Source: a bacterium (GTDB taxonomy: Bacteria > Patescibacteriota > Minisyncoccia > Phycocordibacterales > Zambryskibacteraceae). From it: a stretch of 32,190 nt of DNA. Below the pieces are notes generated by a model, which ran no database searches, was not told the DNA's origin, and saw only the letters and a list, made by a program, of their open reading frames with translations. This document shows, one piece after another, positions 14,512-24,769 of the stretch (position 1 is the first letter of the stretch; every line of letters starts with the position of its first letter). A program made the translations under genes and the position numbers. The stretch spans positions 1 through 32,190 of the forward strand of contig JAUSGP010000005.1 of assembly GCA_030674415.1 (NCBI GenBank). The letters are read 5' to 3'.

Positions 14512-14602
14512 CTTCTCCTAAGTGCTTTTATGAGGTTTACACTGAGCAATAGCTATTGAGCGAGCACTTGCGGTGCGAAGCGAAATATGCTATAGTCGAA
14601 GT

Positions 14603-14869
14603 GTGATTTCCAAGACCAAAAAGCAGAAGCTCATAAGTGAAGTACGGGTCCACGACACGGATACCGGCTCCCCTGAAGTGCAAATTTCCATATTGACTAA
14701 GCGCATTGAGGAGCTGGCAAAACACCTCAAGGCAAATGCTAAAGACAATCACTCGCGTCGAGGCCTCTTGGCTATGGTAGCCAACCGCCAGACGCATCTG
14801 AAATATTTGGAAAAGAAGAATCCGAAGCGAGCCTCAGCTTTACAAAAGAAACTTGGTCTCAAGAAATAA
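14603..14869 (+). CDS. rpsO: 30S ribosomal protein S15
   Basis: DTGSPEVQISILT...KDNHSRRGLL; GTG start at 14603. Confidence 0.97.
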   Translation: MISKTKKQKLISEVRVHDTDTGSPEVQISILTKRIEELAKHLKANAKDNHSRRGLLAMVANRQTHLKYLEKKNPKRASALQKKLGLKK

Positions 14870-14971
14870 CCCCGGGCAGCTTTTAGCTGCTAGGGACTAG
14901 CTGTTAGCTTAAATTTCGCACGCGAATTCAAAAGCTAGAAGCTAGAAGCTAATAGCTATAACCTAATTTAT

Positions 14972-15520
14972 ATGTCAGTTATCAAACATAAAGCCCAGCG
15001 GGTCGGCATTTTCATAGACACGCAAAACATTTATCATTCCGCCAAGAACTTGCATCATGCCAAGGCCAACTTCGGCGCCATTGTCAAAGACGCTCTCGAT
15101 GGACGAGTACTCGTCCGCGCTATAGCCTATGTAGCTTCCACGGAAGGAGGGGAAGAAAACGCCTTTTTCGGCGCGCTTTCTAAGGTGGGAATTGAAACCC
15201 GCACCAAGCCGCTTCAAATATTCATCGGCGGAGCCAAGAAAGCCAACTGGGACATCGACATGGCTATGGACGCGGTCAAGCTTGCTCCCAAGCTCGACGC
15301 TATCATCCTCATCACTGGCGATGGAGACTTCGTCTCTCTTGTAGAGTACTTACAAAACACTCACGGTACCCAGGTAGAAGTGGTCTCCTTCGGTAAATCA
15401 TCTTCATCTAAGCTTATCGAGGCTGCGGATGATTTCCTCGACCTAGACCTCAATCCTCGCAAATATCTACTCTCCGGCAATAGTATGGGCATGAGTAATC
15501 CACGAAGGATTTTGAAATAG
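14972..15520 (+). CDS. NYN domain (LabA/DUF88) protein
   Basis: IFIDTQN, WDIDMAMD, TGDGDF, LIEAADDF. Confidence 0.92.
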   Translation: MSVIKHKAQRVGIFIDTQNIYHSAKNLHHAKANFGAIVKDALDGRVLVRAIAYVASTEGGEENAFFGALSKVGIETRTKPLQIFIGGAKKANWDIDMAMDAVKLAPKLDAIILITGDGDFVSLVEYLQNTHGTQVEVVSFGKSSSSKLIEAADDFLDLDLNPRKYLLSGNSMGMSNPRRILK

Positions 15521-15580
15521 TTCGATAAACTCACCACGAGTAGTTCGACCAGCTCACTACAAGTAGGTTAGAATAGAGGG

Positions 15581-16489
15581 ATGGATCCGGAAGAAAAGTC
15601 TCCTTTAAAGCAAATACGCACCTTCCAGGGTGACGTGGCTGACGCCCTTCATCGGCAGAACGAATCGCTTGTTTCCATCCAACAAACCGAGGCCTCTAGG
15701 AGGCGCGCTTCTCCAGACGAAGTTGTTGATTCAGAAATCTCGGAGAGAAGGAAAAAAACTTTCTTCCTTCTCATAGGCAGTCTCTTCTTTATCATCCTCG
15801 GCATAGCGGGAGCCTGGTACGGTTACCGGGAATATTTGAGGAAAACGGCACCGCCTACACCCGTAACCCCTTCTAGTCGGCTCATATCGCCGGAGAGTGC
15901 CGTCACCCTCGATCTTTCGACAGCGAGTCGCGAAATATTTCTCTCCCGATTTGCCGAAGCAATCATAGACGTGCCAGCTGGAGCCTTGCGACACGTCATC
16001 TTGAGGAACGGCCCGACCGTTAATTCACCACTCCTTGAAACCGCAGGTTTTTTCAAAATTCTCGAGAGTCAGGCGCCCGCTAGCCTGGTGCGCTCCTTCG
16101 AGCCCATCTTTATGGTCGGAGCGTTGGGAGAGAGTCCGTTTCTGATCATTAAGCTTAGTAGCTTCGAAAGTGCCTTCGCGGGCATGCTTGCATGGGAGCC
16201 AAATATGGCTCCAGACGTTGCCCCACTTCTAGGAACCGAAGAACTTTTGAAAGTGATTCCTTCCACATCCGTCTTTAAGGATGTGATCGTCAGGAACAAG
16301 GACGTCCGCATGCTCGAATCTAGCTCGGTTTCGACCACTTCGACGAGCTCAGGGCAAGCAAGCTCACCGCAAGCAACTCCGATAATCCTTTATTCCTTCT
16401 TCGACAACCGGATACTCATTATTACGGAGAATTCAGAAACGCTCCAAATCCTCATGGACCGCCTGACCAGGGAGAAATTGTCCCGTTAG
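15581..16489 (+). CDS. Membrane-anchored hypothetical protein
   Basis: IRTFQGD N-terminus, one TM segment, AFAGMLAWE and NKDVR motifs; carries an in-frame repeat insertion. Confidence 0.85.
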   Translation: MDPEEKSPLKQIRTFQGDVADALHRQNESLVSIQQTEASRRRASPDEVVDSEISERRKKTFFLLIGSLFFIILGIAGAWYGYREYLRKTAPPTPVTPSSRLISPESAVTLDLSTASREIFLSRFAEAIIDVPAGALRHVILRNGPTVNSPLLETAGFFKILESQAPASLVRSFEPIFMVGALGESPFLIIKLSSFESAFAGMLAWEPNMAPDVAPLLGTEELLKVIPSTSVFKDVIVRNKDVRMLESSSVSTTSTSSGQASSPQATPIILYSFFDNRILIITENSETLQILMDRLTREKLSR

Positions 16490-16567
16490 CTGGAATCATA
16501 GCGTTCTGTTAAAATGGTTCGACAAGCCCCTTCGACAGGCTCAGGATAAATCACTATAAATAGCAAT

Positions 16568-16930
16568 ATGACCATAGACTACAAACATTTTAAAAATAAG
16601 CTCGAGGAAGAGAAGAAAATCCTCGAGAAGGAACTGGCCCAAGTCGGCCGTATCAATCCTGATAACCCATCGGACTGGGAAGCTACTCCACCCGCCGACC
16701 GAGACATCTCGCAAGCAGATGAAAACACTGCCGCCGATGCCATCGAAGGCTACGAGGACAACGTGGCAATTGTTAAAACTCTCGAAGAGCGCTACAACGA
16801 CATCAAGAGCGGTTTAGATAAAATAAAGCACGGCACTTACGGCGTCTGTCAGGTTTGTCAGAAAGAAATTGAGGTCGATCGTCTCGAAGCCAACCCCTCC
16901 GCAAGGACGTGTAAACAACACATGGACTAA
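16568..16930 (+). CDS. TraR/DksA C4-type zinc finger protein
   Basis: GTYGVCQVC...RLEANPSARTC after a coiled coil. Confidence 0.92.
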   Translation: MTIDYKHFKNKLEEEKKILEKELAQVGRINPDNPSDWEATPPADRDISQADENTAADAIEGYEDNVAIVKTLEERYNDIKSGLDKIKHGTYGVCQVCQKEIEVDRLEANPSARTCKQHMD

Positions 16931-17034
16931 ATATAAGAAAAGCGCCGGATTGCTCCGACGCCCTTTTGCGGTCTCGCCCTGCCTTATTGTTGTCGAGGTG
17001 GCTAGTCTCGACTGATTTCGTGCAGGATCCCCGC

Positions 17035-17406
17035 TCAAGATTTCTGGTGAGCTACCAGCTTGCAACCGAGCTTCTCTTCCAAGAAAGCTACGATTTGTTC
17101 GACTGTCATTTCTCGATACCAGCGATCAATCCACGGCTCTCCCCAGAGAGGATCTGTGGGAATTGGATCCCCACCGATCCTTTCCGCCACATCCCTTAAG
17201 TAGGCATACTTTTGGAACATGGGGAGGATACTGCCCTGGCAACTCTCACCGATCCCATGATCGTCGAGAAGCCAAATTCTGACAGAATTTTTTCCATCAG
17301 GGCTGTCGTCGCTAGTATCAACCATGACCCTGAGTTTCGCTGGATGCAGACGGTAGAGCCTGAACTCTTCCGTATCGAAACCTTTAACGTCTGCTGCACT
17401 TCTCAT
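17035..17406 (-). CDS. Hypothetical protein
   Basis: Strong SD aaggaggtg before the ATG; 123 aa. Confidence 0.7.
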   Translation of the reverse strand: MRSAADVKGFDTEEFRLYRLHPAKLRVMVDTSDDSPDGKNSVRIWLLDDHGIGESCQGSILPMFQKYAYLRDVAERIGGDPIPTDPLWGEPWIDRWYREMTVEQIVAFLEEKLGCKLVAHQKS

Positions 17407-17459
17407 CTCACACCTCCTTCCTTCTCCGCAGCCACGCGGAGTTAATTGTAAGAACTTTA

Positions 17460-17858
17460 CTAAGTGAACCTCCTTTCCAAATCAGAAGGAAGTAGAGGAC
17501 GCTGCCGCTGCCGGGTAAAGCCGATACCAAGGACCAACCCCTCATCGAACACGAACCTCAAGCCGAGTTCGCTCGCGTGCTCAATGCAGTACTTTCCAAG
17601 CTCCTCCCAAGATTTGTTGCTAGGAAAAAGCTCCGCGAGCTTATCCTTGGCAATCCCAGCAGAAGTAAGACTGTGAAGGGGATCAGTTTCCCGATAAAAC
17701 ATCTTCACAACCAGCTCTCCTACTGCCTTGGGGATAGTTGTGCCACCGTAGGAAATGGGCACTGGATCACCCTCACATCTTGCACCCCAACTAAGCCCGC
17801 TCAAGTAGGGCCAAGCCCAGCACAGAGGAGGTGGGGCCTCGCCAATCATGATTACCAT
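17460..17858 (-). CDS. Hypothetical protein
   Basis: SD gaggt; lies behind the promoter at 17881-17909. Confidence 0.65.
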   Translation of the reverse strand: MVIMIGEAPPPLCWAWPYLSGLSWGARCEGDPVPISYGGTTIPKAVGELVVKMFYRETDPLHSLTSAGIAKDKLAELFPSNKSWEELGKYCIEHASELGLRFVFDEGLVLGIGFTRQRQRPLLPSDLERRFT

Positions 17859-17880
17859 CTCTACCTCTCTTTCTGTATTA

Positions 17881-17990
17881 ATCCTATCACAAACGTTAGT
17901 TTATGTCAACTTAGCGAAGCTAAAATACGGCTTATATGGCTCAGTAACAATGTGTAATATTGTTGACAAATTTCAACAACTTGCTAACAT
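17881..17990. promoter_or_regulatory. Divergent promoters with palindromic operator
   Basis: Minus strand: TTGACA-17-TAGGAT (17881-17909). Plus strand: TTGACA-16-TAACAT (17963-17990). Palindrome ttgttga..tcaacaa (17960-17979) overlaps the -35. Confidence 0.65.
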
Positions 17991-17996
17991 TAGAGC

Positions 17997-18734
17997 ATGA
18001 TTCGAGAGCAATTAGAGAAATTGGGATTAAGCACGAAAGAAATTACCTTGTACTTAGCTATCCTTCAAAAAGGCCGAGTTTCCATACCCGAAGTGGCTCA
18101 AATAACAGGTATAAACCGCACTACTGTTTATAGCGTGGCGGAGATATTGGGAGATAAGGGCTATATCATTCAGGACCTCGGTAGTAGGCCCAATATGCTT
18201 ATTGCGGTACCCCCAGAGGAACTGCGTTCTATCGTCCAGAGGCAGAAAAATATTGTGGAAAGTCTTATTCCTGAACTTCATGCAATTTCAAAAGACACGG
18301 GCTATTCCATACCGAAGATCAAATTCGTGCCTGAAGTTGATCTTGAGAGCTATCTCTATTCGGAAGCAGACAGATGGGATAAAAGCATGATGGAGGTAGA
18401 CTCGATACTTTGGAGCGTTCAAGATCCAACCTTTGGACCCAAGTACCAGGAATGGATCAAGTGGTATTACACGAGACCTCATACAAACAATTTTAAATCT
18501 AACGTGATTACAAATGGTGAAGAGCGGGGGATGCCGGAATTTCGTCAGAGAAAAGCGGCAATTTTAGGCGAAGACTTGGACTTCAATTCAGCAGTCTGGG
18601 TGCGCGGACATTACATCGTCATGGTCTCTTACAAAGAGAAGCCGAATTACCTCATTGAGATATACGATAAGCGACTTGCACACAATCTCCGAGAATTGAT
18701 GAGAGGTATTTGGACGCAAAATCAAAAATTGTAG
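17997..18734 (+). CDS. TrmB-family transcriptional regulator (second paralogue)
   Basis: LGLSTKEITLYLAIL...INRTTVYSV wHTH; same architecture as 884-1624. Confidence 0.85.
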   Translation: MIREQLEKLGLSTKEITLYLAILQKGRVSIPEVAQITGINRTTVYSVAEILGDKGYIIQDLGSRPNMLIAVPPEELRSIVQRQKNIVESLIPELHAISKDTGYSIPKIKFVPEVDLESYLYSEADRWDKSMMEVDSILWSVQDPTFGPKYQEWIKWYYTRPHTNNFKSNVITNGEERGMPEFRQRKAAILGEDLDFNSAVWVRGHYIVMVSYKEKPNYLIEIYDKRLAHNLRELMRGIWTQNQKL

Positions 18735-18964
18735 GTATTGTCGTCTTTTCTGGATAAATCCACTACATGCAGGGAATTATCTTTTTCTCTAGCGCAAATA
18801 AATCTAAACTGCATTTTGCGCACTCGATACATATTTTCTTTTCCTCCTAACTTCTTTATATTCAAACCCGCCAGTTTTCCGCTCTTAATATTATCTATTA
18901 TTTCAAGAACCTTAGGCTTGTCCTTACTATTTAACCTGTCGATGAACTTTTGAAGATCTTTCAT
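18722..18964 (-). CDS. RelE/ParE-like toxin
   Basis: Small basic protein with IKKLGG..MYRVRK..FR; overlaps the upstream antitoxin gene. Confidence 0.75.
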   Translation of the reverse strand: MKDLQKFIDRLNSKDKPKVLEIIDNIKSGKLAGLNIKKLGGKENMYRVRKMQFRFICAREKDNSLHVVDLSRKDDNTYNF

Positions 18965-19208
18965 CTTTCTTGATGCTTTTTCTAAGGGCCTTAATCACAT
19001 CGTCTACAGGAACCCCGCGCGGATTGATTTTCCTAAAGTCTATAAGAGTTTTCCAATTACCCTCATCGCCCCATTCATCAACTGGAGTGACTCTAAAGAC
19101 CGGCTTAGAACGCCGAACTACGACGAAAGACTTACCCTTCCCGACCTGGGCAATGTAGTTCTCGGTATTTTCCCTCAAATCCCTAAGCCCGATAATGTTA
19201 ATTTTCAT
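18927..19208 (-). CDS. Phd/YefM-family antitoxin
   Basis: IIGLRDLREN...GKSFVVVRRSKPVF; upstream palindrome at about 19213-19236. Confidence 0.8.
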   Translation of the reverse strand: MKINIIGLRDLRENTENYIAQVGKGKSFVVVRRSKPVFRVTPVDEWGDEGNWKTLIDFRKINPRGVPVDDVIKALRKSIKKDERSSKVHRQVK

Positions 19209-19300
19209 AACAGTAAGTTTATCTTAAGATTAACTTATATACAAGTATTAAACGATACAGAGTATGAATAATTACAAGCGCGTGTTGTACAATATAAAGC

Positions 19301-20830
19301 ATGAGTTTTTCTAAAGTTTATAGCGCTCAGACAAATCTTTTAAATGTTACGCCGATCTCCGTTGAGACGGACATCTCTCGTGGTCTACATTCTTTCGCCG
19401 TTGTCGGACTACCAGACAAGGCAGTAGAGGAAGCGCGAGACAGAGTAAGCGCCGCTATAAAGAATTCCGGTTTTGATTCTCCTAAATCCAAAAATCACAA
19501 AATTATAATTTCCCTTGCGCCCGCGGATGTTAAGAAAGAGGGAACTCATTTTGATGTAGCCATCGCCCTCTCATATCTAACAGCTAATGGCGAGCTGGCC
19601 TTCGACCATGAGCGCAAATTATTTTTAGGTGAACTATCACTCGATGGTAAGGTGCGCCCGATTCGTGGGACTCTTCCGATCGCTCGTTTTGCCAAGCAAA
19701 ATAAATTCAAAGAACTCTATGTGCCGGAAGAAAATGCCGCGGAAGCGGCACTGATAGACGGGATTCTCGTCTTCGGTATCTCGACGCTTTCACAACTAAT
19801 CAATCATTTGAATGGCGAAGAACTGCTTGATGCGACACCTCTCACTCAACTTTCAAAAGAGCGGATTGTTTCTACGACTGACTTTGCTGATGTAAGAAGT
19901 CAGGAGAGAGCTAAGAGAGGGTTGCTTATTGCGGCGGCTGGCGGACACAATGTCGCCATGTACGGTCCGCCCGGCACCGGGAAAACCATGCTGGCCAAAG
20001 CTTTCACGGGTATATTGCCGGAGCTCACTTTCGAAGAAGCGCTTGAAGCGACAAGCATTCACTCGGTCGCGGGAACTCTCACGGAGACATTCATCACCAA
20101 TCCGCCATTCCGCTCGCCCCACCATACTTCTTCTTACGTTTCATTAGTCGGCGGAGGAGCGACACCTAGACCTGGCGAGATAACGCTCGCACACCACGGC
20201 GTGTTATTCATGGACGAGTTTCCAGAGTTTGAAAGACGAGTGTTAGAAAGTTTAAGACAACCACTAGAAGATAAAGTGATTTCTGTCGCCCGCGCCAAGG
20301 GCACCGCGCATTTCCCGGCCAATGTCATGCTCGTGGCCGCTATGAATCCGTGCCCGTGCGGTAACTACGGCTTCCGCGGCAAGCAGTGTGTTTGCACACC
20401 ATCATCACTCCAAAGGTACAGAAGGAAGATGTCTGGACCGATCATGGATAGGATCGACTTGTGGCTCGAAGTGGACAGGATATTGCCGCACGAATTAGGT
20501 AGTGCCGGACCGGAGGGAGACAAAAGTGAATTATTTAGAGAAAAAGTTTCAAAAGCGCGCAAGCTTCAGCAGAAAAGATTTGATGGTAAAAAAGGTGTGA
20601 CCAGAAACGCCGAGATGAGCCCGCGTGATCTTGTTTCGCTTATCAAGCTCGACAAAGAATCCGAGAAGACGCTGAACCTCGCCGCTGAACGCTTAGGCTT
20701 TTCTCCACGTGTCTATCACCGCATGATCAAAGTAGCGCGCACCATCGCTGACCTAGAGGGAAGTGAGAATATTACCGCAAACCATATCCTCGAAGCCGTA
20801 GAATATCGCCCGAAAAAGTTTGATATATAA
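19301..20830 (+). CDS. comM: YifB/ComM Mg-chelatase-like AAA+ ATPase
   Basis: VGLPD, LGELSLDG, GPPGTGKT, PFRSPHH, LFMDEFPEF, AMNPCPCG. Confidence 0.93.
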   Translation: MSFSKVYSAQTNLLNVTPISVETDISRGLHSFAVVGLPDKAVEEARDRVSAAIKNSGFDSPKSKNHKIIISLAPADVKKEGTHFDVAIALSYLTANGELAFDHERKLFLGELSLDGKVRPIRGTLPIARFAKQNKFKELYVPEENAAEAALIDGILVFGISTLSQLINHLNGEELLDATPLTQLSKERIVSTTDFADVRSQERAKRGLLIAAAGGHNVAMYGPPGTGKTMLAKAFTGILPELTFEEALEATSIHSVAGTLTETFITNPPFRSPHHTSSYVSLVGGGATPRPGEITLAHHGVLFMDEFPEFERRVLESLRQPLEDKVISVARAKGTAHFPANVMLVAAMNPCPCGNYGFRGKQCVCTPSSLQRYRRKMSGPIMDRIDLWLEVDRILPHELGSAGPEGDKSELFREKVSKARKLQQKRFDGKKGVTRNAEMSPRDLVSLIKLDKESEKTLNLAAERLGFSPRVYHRMIKVARTIADLEGSENITANHILEAVEYRPKKFDI

Positions 20831-20853
20831 AAATCCGGAAGGATTTTGTAATC

Positions 20854-21837
20854 CTAAAATGGATTCCTTGCACCACGAACTTCAAAGTGGACGTGAGGGC
20901 CGGTGGTCTTGCCGGTCATGCCGATAGAGCCGATCACTTGGCCTTGCGTGACAACTTCACCAACTTCGACATTGTTCTTGCTCATGTGAGCATAGAGGGT
21001 TTGAGTGCCATTCGGGTGACTCACAACTACATAAGTTCCATAACCGCCATTGTAACCTCCTGTACGCGAGACGATAACCTTACCGGAAGCTGAAGCCATG
21101 ATCGGAGTGCCGATCGAAGAGGCGAGGTCAACACCGTTGTGTCCGTGAATGCCCTGGCTCTTCCTACCGCCATTAATAGGCCTGATGTAATAACCGCTTA
21201 CGACATTGGTCTGGCTAGTGACAGTACCGGAAGAATTTGAAACGCCACTAACCACTCCATCAGGAATGATGATAGTATCGCCCACTGCGAGCTTAGCTCC
21301 GGTCGGAATGTTGTTGTATGAAATGATCTCGTCGAGATCAGCTTTGTATTTGTTAGCGAGAGACTGGAGAGTATCTCCCGATTTAACAGTATGCTTCACA
21401 CCCGAGATTGGGAGGATGACAAGTTCTTGGCCCTCCTTCAAGATCTTACTCTTCAAGTCGTTGGCCCAGAGTATGGTATTGGTCGAGACGCCGAACATTT
21501 CCGCAATCTCGCCGATAGTATCCCCCTTGCGCACTATATAGACGCTAATCTCGCCGTTGCCGGAGCGGCCAAGGTCGACGAAAGCGCCAGAATCATCACC
21601 GCCGGAGGAGAGAGCAGTCTCGTCAACAATAGCGACCGAAGGGCCACCGATGCCAGCCGGATTGGTATTCAAATAGCCTTCGAGCAATTCCATAGTTTGG
21701 GAATTGCCGGCACTACGCGTTTCCGGAGCTCGCAAGACCTTACCTCCTTGATTCTTGGCCTCTATGAGTGCTGGGGAGATAATCAGGCCCAATATGACGA
21801 AATGGCTCAATAGAGCCATGTGACCACGTGCTTTCAT
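20854..21837 (-). CDS. LysM (x2) + M23 peptidase
   Basis: YIVRKGDT and HTVKSGDT LysM repeats; HNGVD and HVHFEV. Confidence 0.93.
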   Translation of the reverse strand: MKARGHMALLSHFVILGLIISPALIEAKNQGGKVLRAPETRSAGNSQTMELLEGYLNTNPAGIGGPSVAIVDETALSSGGDDSGAFVDLGRSGNGEISVYIVRKGDTIGEIAEMFGVSTNTILWANDLKSKILKEGQELVILPISGVKHTVKSGDTLQSLANKYKADLDEIISYNNIPTGAKLAVGDTIIIPDGVVSGVSNSSGTVTSQTNVVSGYYIRPINGGRKSQGIHGHNGVDLASSIGTPIMASASGKVIVSRTGGYNGGYGTYVVVSHPNGTQTLYAHMSKNNVEVGEVVTQGQVIGSIGMTGKTTGPHVHFEVRGARNPF

Positions 21838-21950
21838 TGCTGTAAATACATTCTACCACTCATACAAAACTGTGCCACTTGGCAATCCCCATACCTCGTC
21901 CCGTAGTAATTTCATCAGAAATTTACTATCGGGATGTTATAGTGTCATTT

Positions 21951-23930
21951 ATGTCGTCAAAACTCTTCGAAAATCTTAACGCTGAACAAAAAAGGGCGGT
22001 CATGGCTACCGAAGGCCCCGTTTTGGTACTCGCCGGCGCAGGTGCCGGCAAGACCAAGACCATCGCCGAGCGCATAAGGCACCTCGTCTATAAAGGAGTG
22101 GCTCCATCACAAATTCTCGCCATCACCTTCACCAACAAGGCTTCCAAAGAAATGCGTGAAAGGATAGAAAAAGGTTTGCGCGAGGACCCGACGCTCAACT
22201 TACCCGTCTCCTTTAATGAACGGCCGTTTGTCAGCACCTTCCACGCACTCGGAGTCCACATTTTGCGCGAGCAGTCGGCGGCGGCTGGACTGACCCGACA
22301 CTTCAGCATCTTCGACCGCGACGACAGCAAGAAGGCGATCAAAGAGGTGCTGGTAAATCTCGGCCTAGATCCGAAAACTCATGACCCCAATCTCATCATC
22401 AGTATTATTTCCAAGGAAAAGGGGCGCGGTATGAACGCCGAAGAATGGTCTGGTGGGGATAGAGGAGGTTATATCGCCGACGTAGTGGCCCAAGTCTGGC
22501 CCGCGTATGAAAAGATTTTGAAGAGAGAGAACGCCCTCGATTTCGACGACCTATTACTCAAGACCAATAATCTTTTGCGAGAGAATCGGTCTGTCCGCGA
22601 GTATTACCGCCAGGTGTGGCGCTATATTCACATCGATGAGTATCAGGATACCAATAGAGTTCAGTACGAAATATCGCAATCTCTAGTGGGAGAAGCCTCT
22701 AATCTCTGCGTGGTCGGAGACATAGACCAAAACATTTATTCCTGGCGTGGCGCGGATATAAAAAACATTCTAGCCTTCGAACAGGATTATCCGGGTGCCA
22801 CGGTCATCACCTTAGAGGAGAATTATCGCTCGACCAAAACCATTTTGGAAGCAGCCAATACAGTCATCGAGAAGAATAAAATTAGACGCAAGAAAAATCT
22901 TTTTACCAACAAAGCCGATGGGGATAAAATCGGTCTCCATGGCAGTCTAGACGAAGTAGGCGAAGCGGGCTTTATCGCATCGAAGGCCGGTGAACTTATT
23001 AAAAACGGCACCGGTGCGGACGAAATAGCCGTACTCTACAGAGCGAACTTCCAATCACGCGTCTTGGAAGAAGCTTTCATGAATCTTGGTGTCCCATACC
23101 AAATCCTCGGCACACGCTTCTTTGAACGCAAGGAGGTGAAAGATATTATTTCTTATCTACGCGCCTCGCTTAATCCGCAGTCTCTCTCTGATCTTAAACG
23201 CATCATCAATGTCCCAGCTCGTGGCATCGGCAAAACCACGATTGTGAAAATTTTCGGCAATAGCGAATCAGACTTGCCACCAGCCATGAAGAGTAAGATT
23301 GCCGCCTTCCGCGCGTTGCTCACCAACATTGCGGAAATTTCCAGAACTAAAACTCCGAGCGAAACTATCGCCTTCATCATCAAGGAATCGAGACTCGAGG
23401 AAGAATACGGGGGGGAGCATGGTCATGCTTCCGACCGCAAAGAAGACGGTGCGGCCAGACTCGAAAACGCCTACGAATTGGTCAGCTTCGCCTCTCGCTA
23501 CGACGACCAAGCGCCGGAAGAAGGTATTCTTAACTTTCTCTCTGAAACGGCTCTACAGAGCGACCAGGATGAATTGAAGGAGGAGGTGAAGGCGGTAAGA
23601 CTGATGACAGTTCATGCCGCCAAGGGTCTTGAATTCGATGTCGTCTTCATCGCCGGACTTGAAGACGGATTATTTCCACATCGGCGTGCCAATGAATCTA
23701 ATATCAGTCCGGAAGAGGCCGAAGAAGAGAGGCGGCTTTTCTATGTCGCGCTCACGCGCGCGAGGAAAAAAGTTTTTCTTTCTTACGCGCAAGTGCGCAC
23801 CGTCTTCGGCCGACAACAGGTCAACATGCCATCTGAATTCATTTACGACATTCCGGAACAATTAGTCGAGGACGTGGTCTTTGACAACAGCGGTCTGAAG
23901 CGTCGGCCACTACTTGATATAGAATTTTAG
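21951..23930 (+). CDS. pcrA: ATP-dependent DNA helicase PcrA/UvrD
   Basis: AGAGAGKT, DEYQD, VGDIDQNIYSWRGA, TVHAAKGLEF, EERRLFYVALTRA. Confidence 0.95.
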   Translation: MSSKLFENLNAEQKRAVMATEGPVLVLAGAGAGKTKTIAERIRHLVYKGVAPSQILAITFTNKASKEMRERIEKGLREDPTLNLPVSFNERPFVSTFHALGVHILREQSAAAGLTRHFSIFDRDDSKKAIKEVLVNLGLDPKTHDPNLIISIISKEKGRGMNAEEWSGGDRGGYIADVVAQVWPAYEKILKRENALDFDDLLLKTNNLLRENRSVREYYRQVWRYIHIDEYQDTNRVQYEISQSLVGEASNLCVVGDIDQNIYSWRGADIKNILAFEQDYPGATVITLEENYRSTKTILEAANTVIEKNKIRRKKNLFTNKADGDKIGLHGSLDEVGEAGFIASKAGELIKNGTGADEIAVLYRANFQSRVLEEAFMNLGVPYQILGTRFFERKEVKDIISYLRASLNPQSLSDLKRIINVPARGIGKTTIVKIFGNSESDLPPAMKSKIAAFRALLTNIAEISRTKTPSETIAFIIKESRLEEEYGGEHGHASDRKEDGAARLENAYELVSFASRYDDQAPEEGILNFLSETALQSDQDELKEEVKAVRLMTVHAAKGLEFDVVFIAGLEDGLFPHRRANESNISPEEAEEERRLFYVALTRARKKVFLSYAQVRTVFGRQQVNMPSEFIYDIPEQLVEDVVFDNSGLKRRPLLDIEF

Positions 23931-23957
23931 TTCGACTACGCTCACTATAAATAAAAT

Positions 23958-24758
23958 ATGTACGCGAAGAAATCACTCGGTCAGCATTTTTTGAAATCAG
24001 AGAGAGCGCTTACGGTCATTGTTGAGTCTGGGAAAATTGTCCCCGGAGAAACAGTTTTAGAAATCGGCCCTGGTACCGGAGCGCTAACTGAAAAGCTGTT
24101 AGCTACTAGCTGTCAGGTCCTAGCTGTCGAGAAGGACGATAATTTATACGAACTACTGAAGAATAAATTCCAGAAAGAAATTTCTTCCGGACAGCTAAAT
24201 TTAATTCATGATGACATTTTAAAATTTATTGAAAATTCTAAATTAAAAATTGAAAATTATAAACTCATCGCCAACATTCCCTACAACATCACCGGGGCGA
24301 TACTCGAGAAGTTCCTTTCATCTGATCATCAGCCGGTAAGAATGGTGCTTCTGGTGCAAAAAGAAGTGGCAAAAAGGATTATTGGAGATTCTGGACACGG
24401 GGCGTCCAGAATCAAAGAGAGCATCCTCTCTATTTCGGTCAAAACTTACGGTACACCGCGCTACGTTGAGACGGTTAAGGCCGGCTCATTTTCCCCAGCT
24501 CCTTCAGTGGACTCGGCCATCATTACTGTCGAGAATATCTCGAAAGTCTTTTTCAACAATTTCAGCGAGAAAGATTTCTTTATTATGCTTCAGGCGGGCT
24601 TCCAAGCCAAACGCAAGAAATTTTCTTCAAATCTAGCGGTAATTTGCGATAAGAAAGCGGTCTTGGACGCATTTCATAAGCTTGATTTGGACGAAAACAC
24701 GCGTGCGGAAGATGTGGGTATAGAAACTTGGCAAAAATTGGCTGAAAATCTGATATAA
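23958..24758 (+). CDS. rsmA: 16S rRNA dimethyladenosine transferase
   Basis: KKSLGQHFL, LEIGPGTG, ANIPYNIT. Confidence 0.96.
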   Translation: MYAKKSLGQHFLKSERALTVIVESGKIVPGETVLEIGPGTGALTEKLLATSCQVLAVEKDDNLYELLKNKFQKEISSGQLNLIHDDILKFIENSKLKIENYKLIANIPYNITGAILEKFLSSDHQPVRMVLLVQKEVAKRIIGDSGHGASRIKESILSISVKTYGTPRYVETVKAGSFSPAPSVDSAIITVENISKVFFNNFSEKDFFIMLQAGFQAKRKKFSSNLAVICDKKAVLDAFHKLDLDENTRAEDVGIETWQKLAENLI

Positions 24759-24769
24759 TTTCAAGCAAG

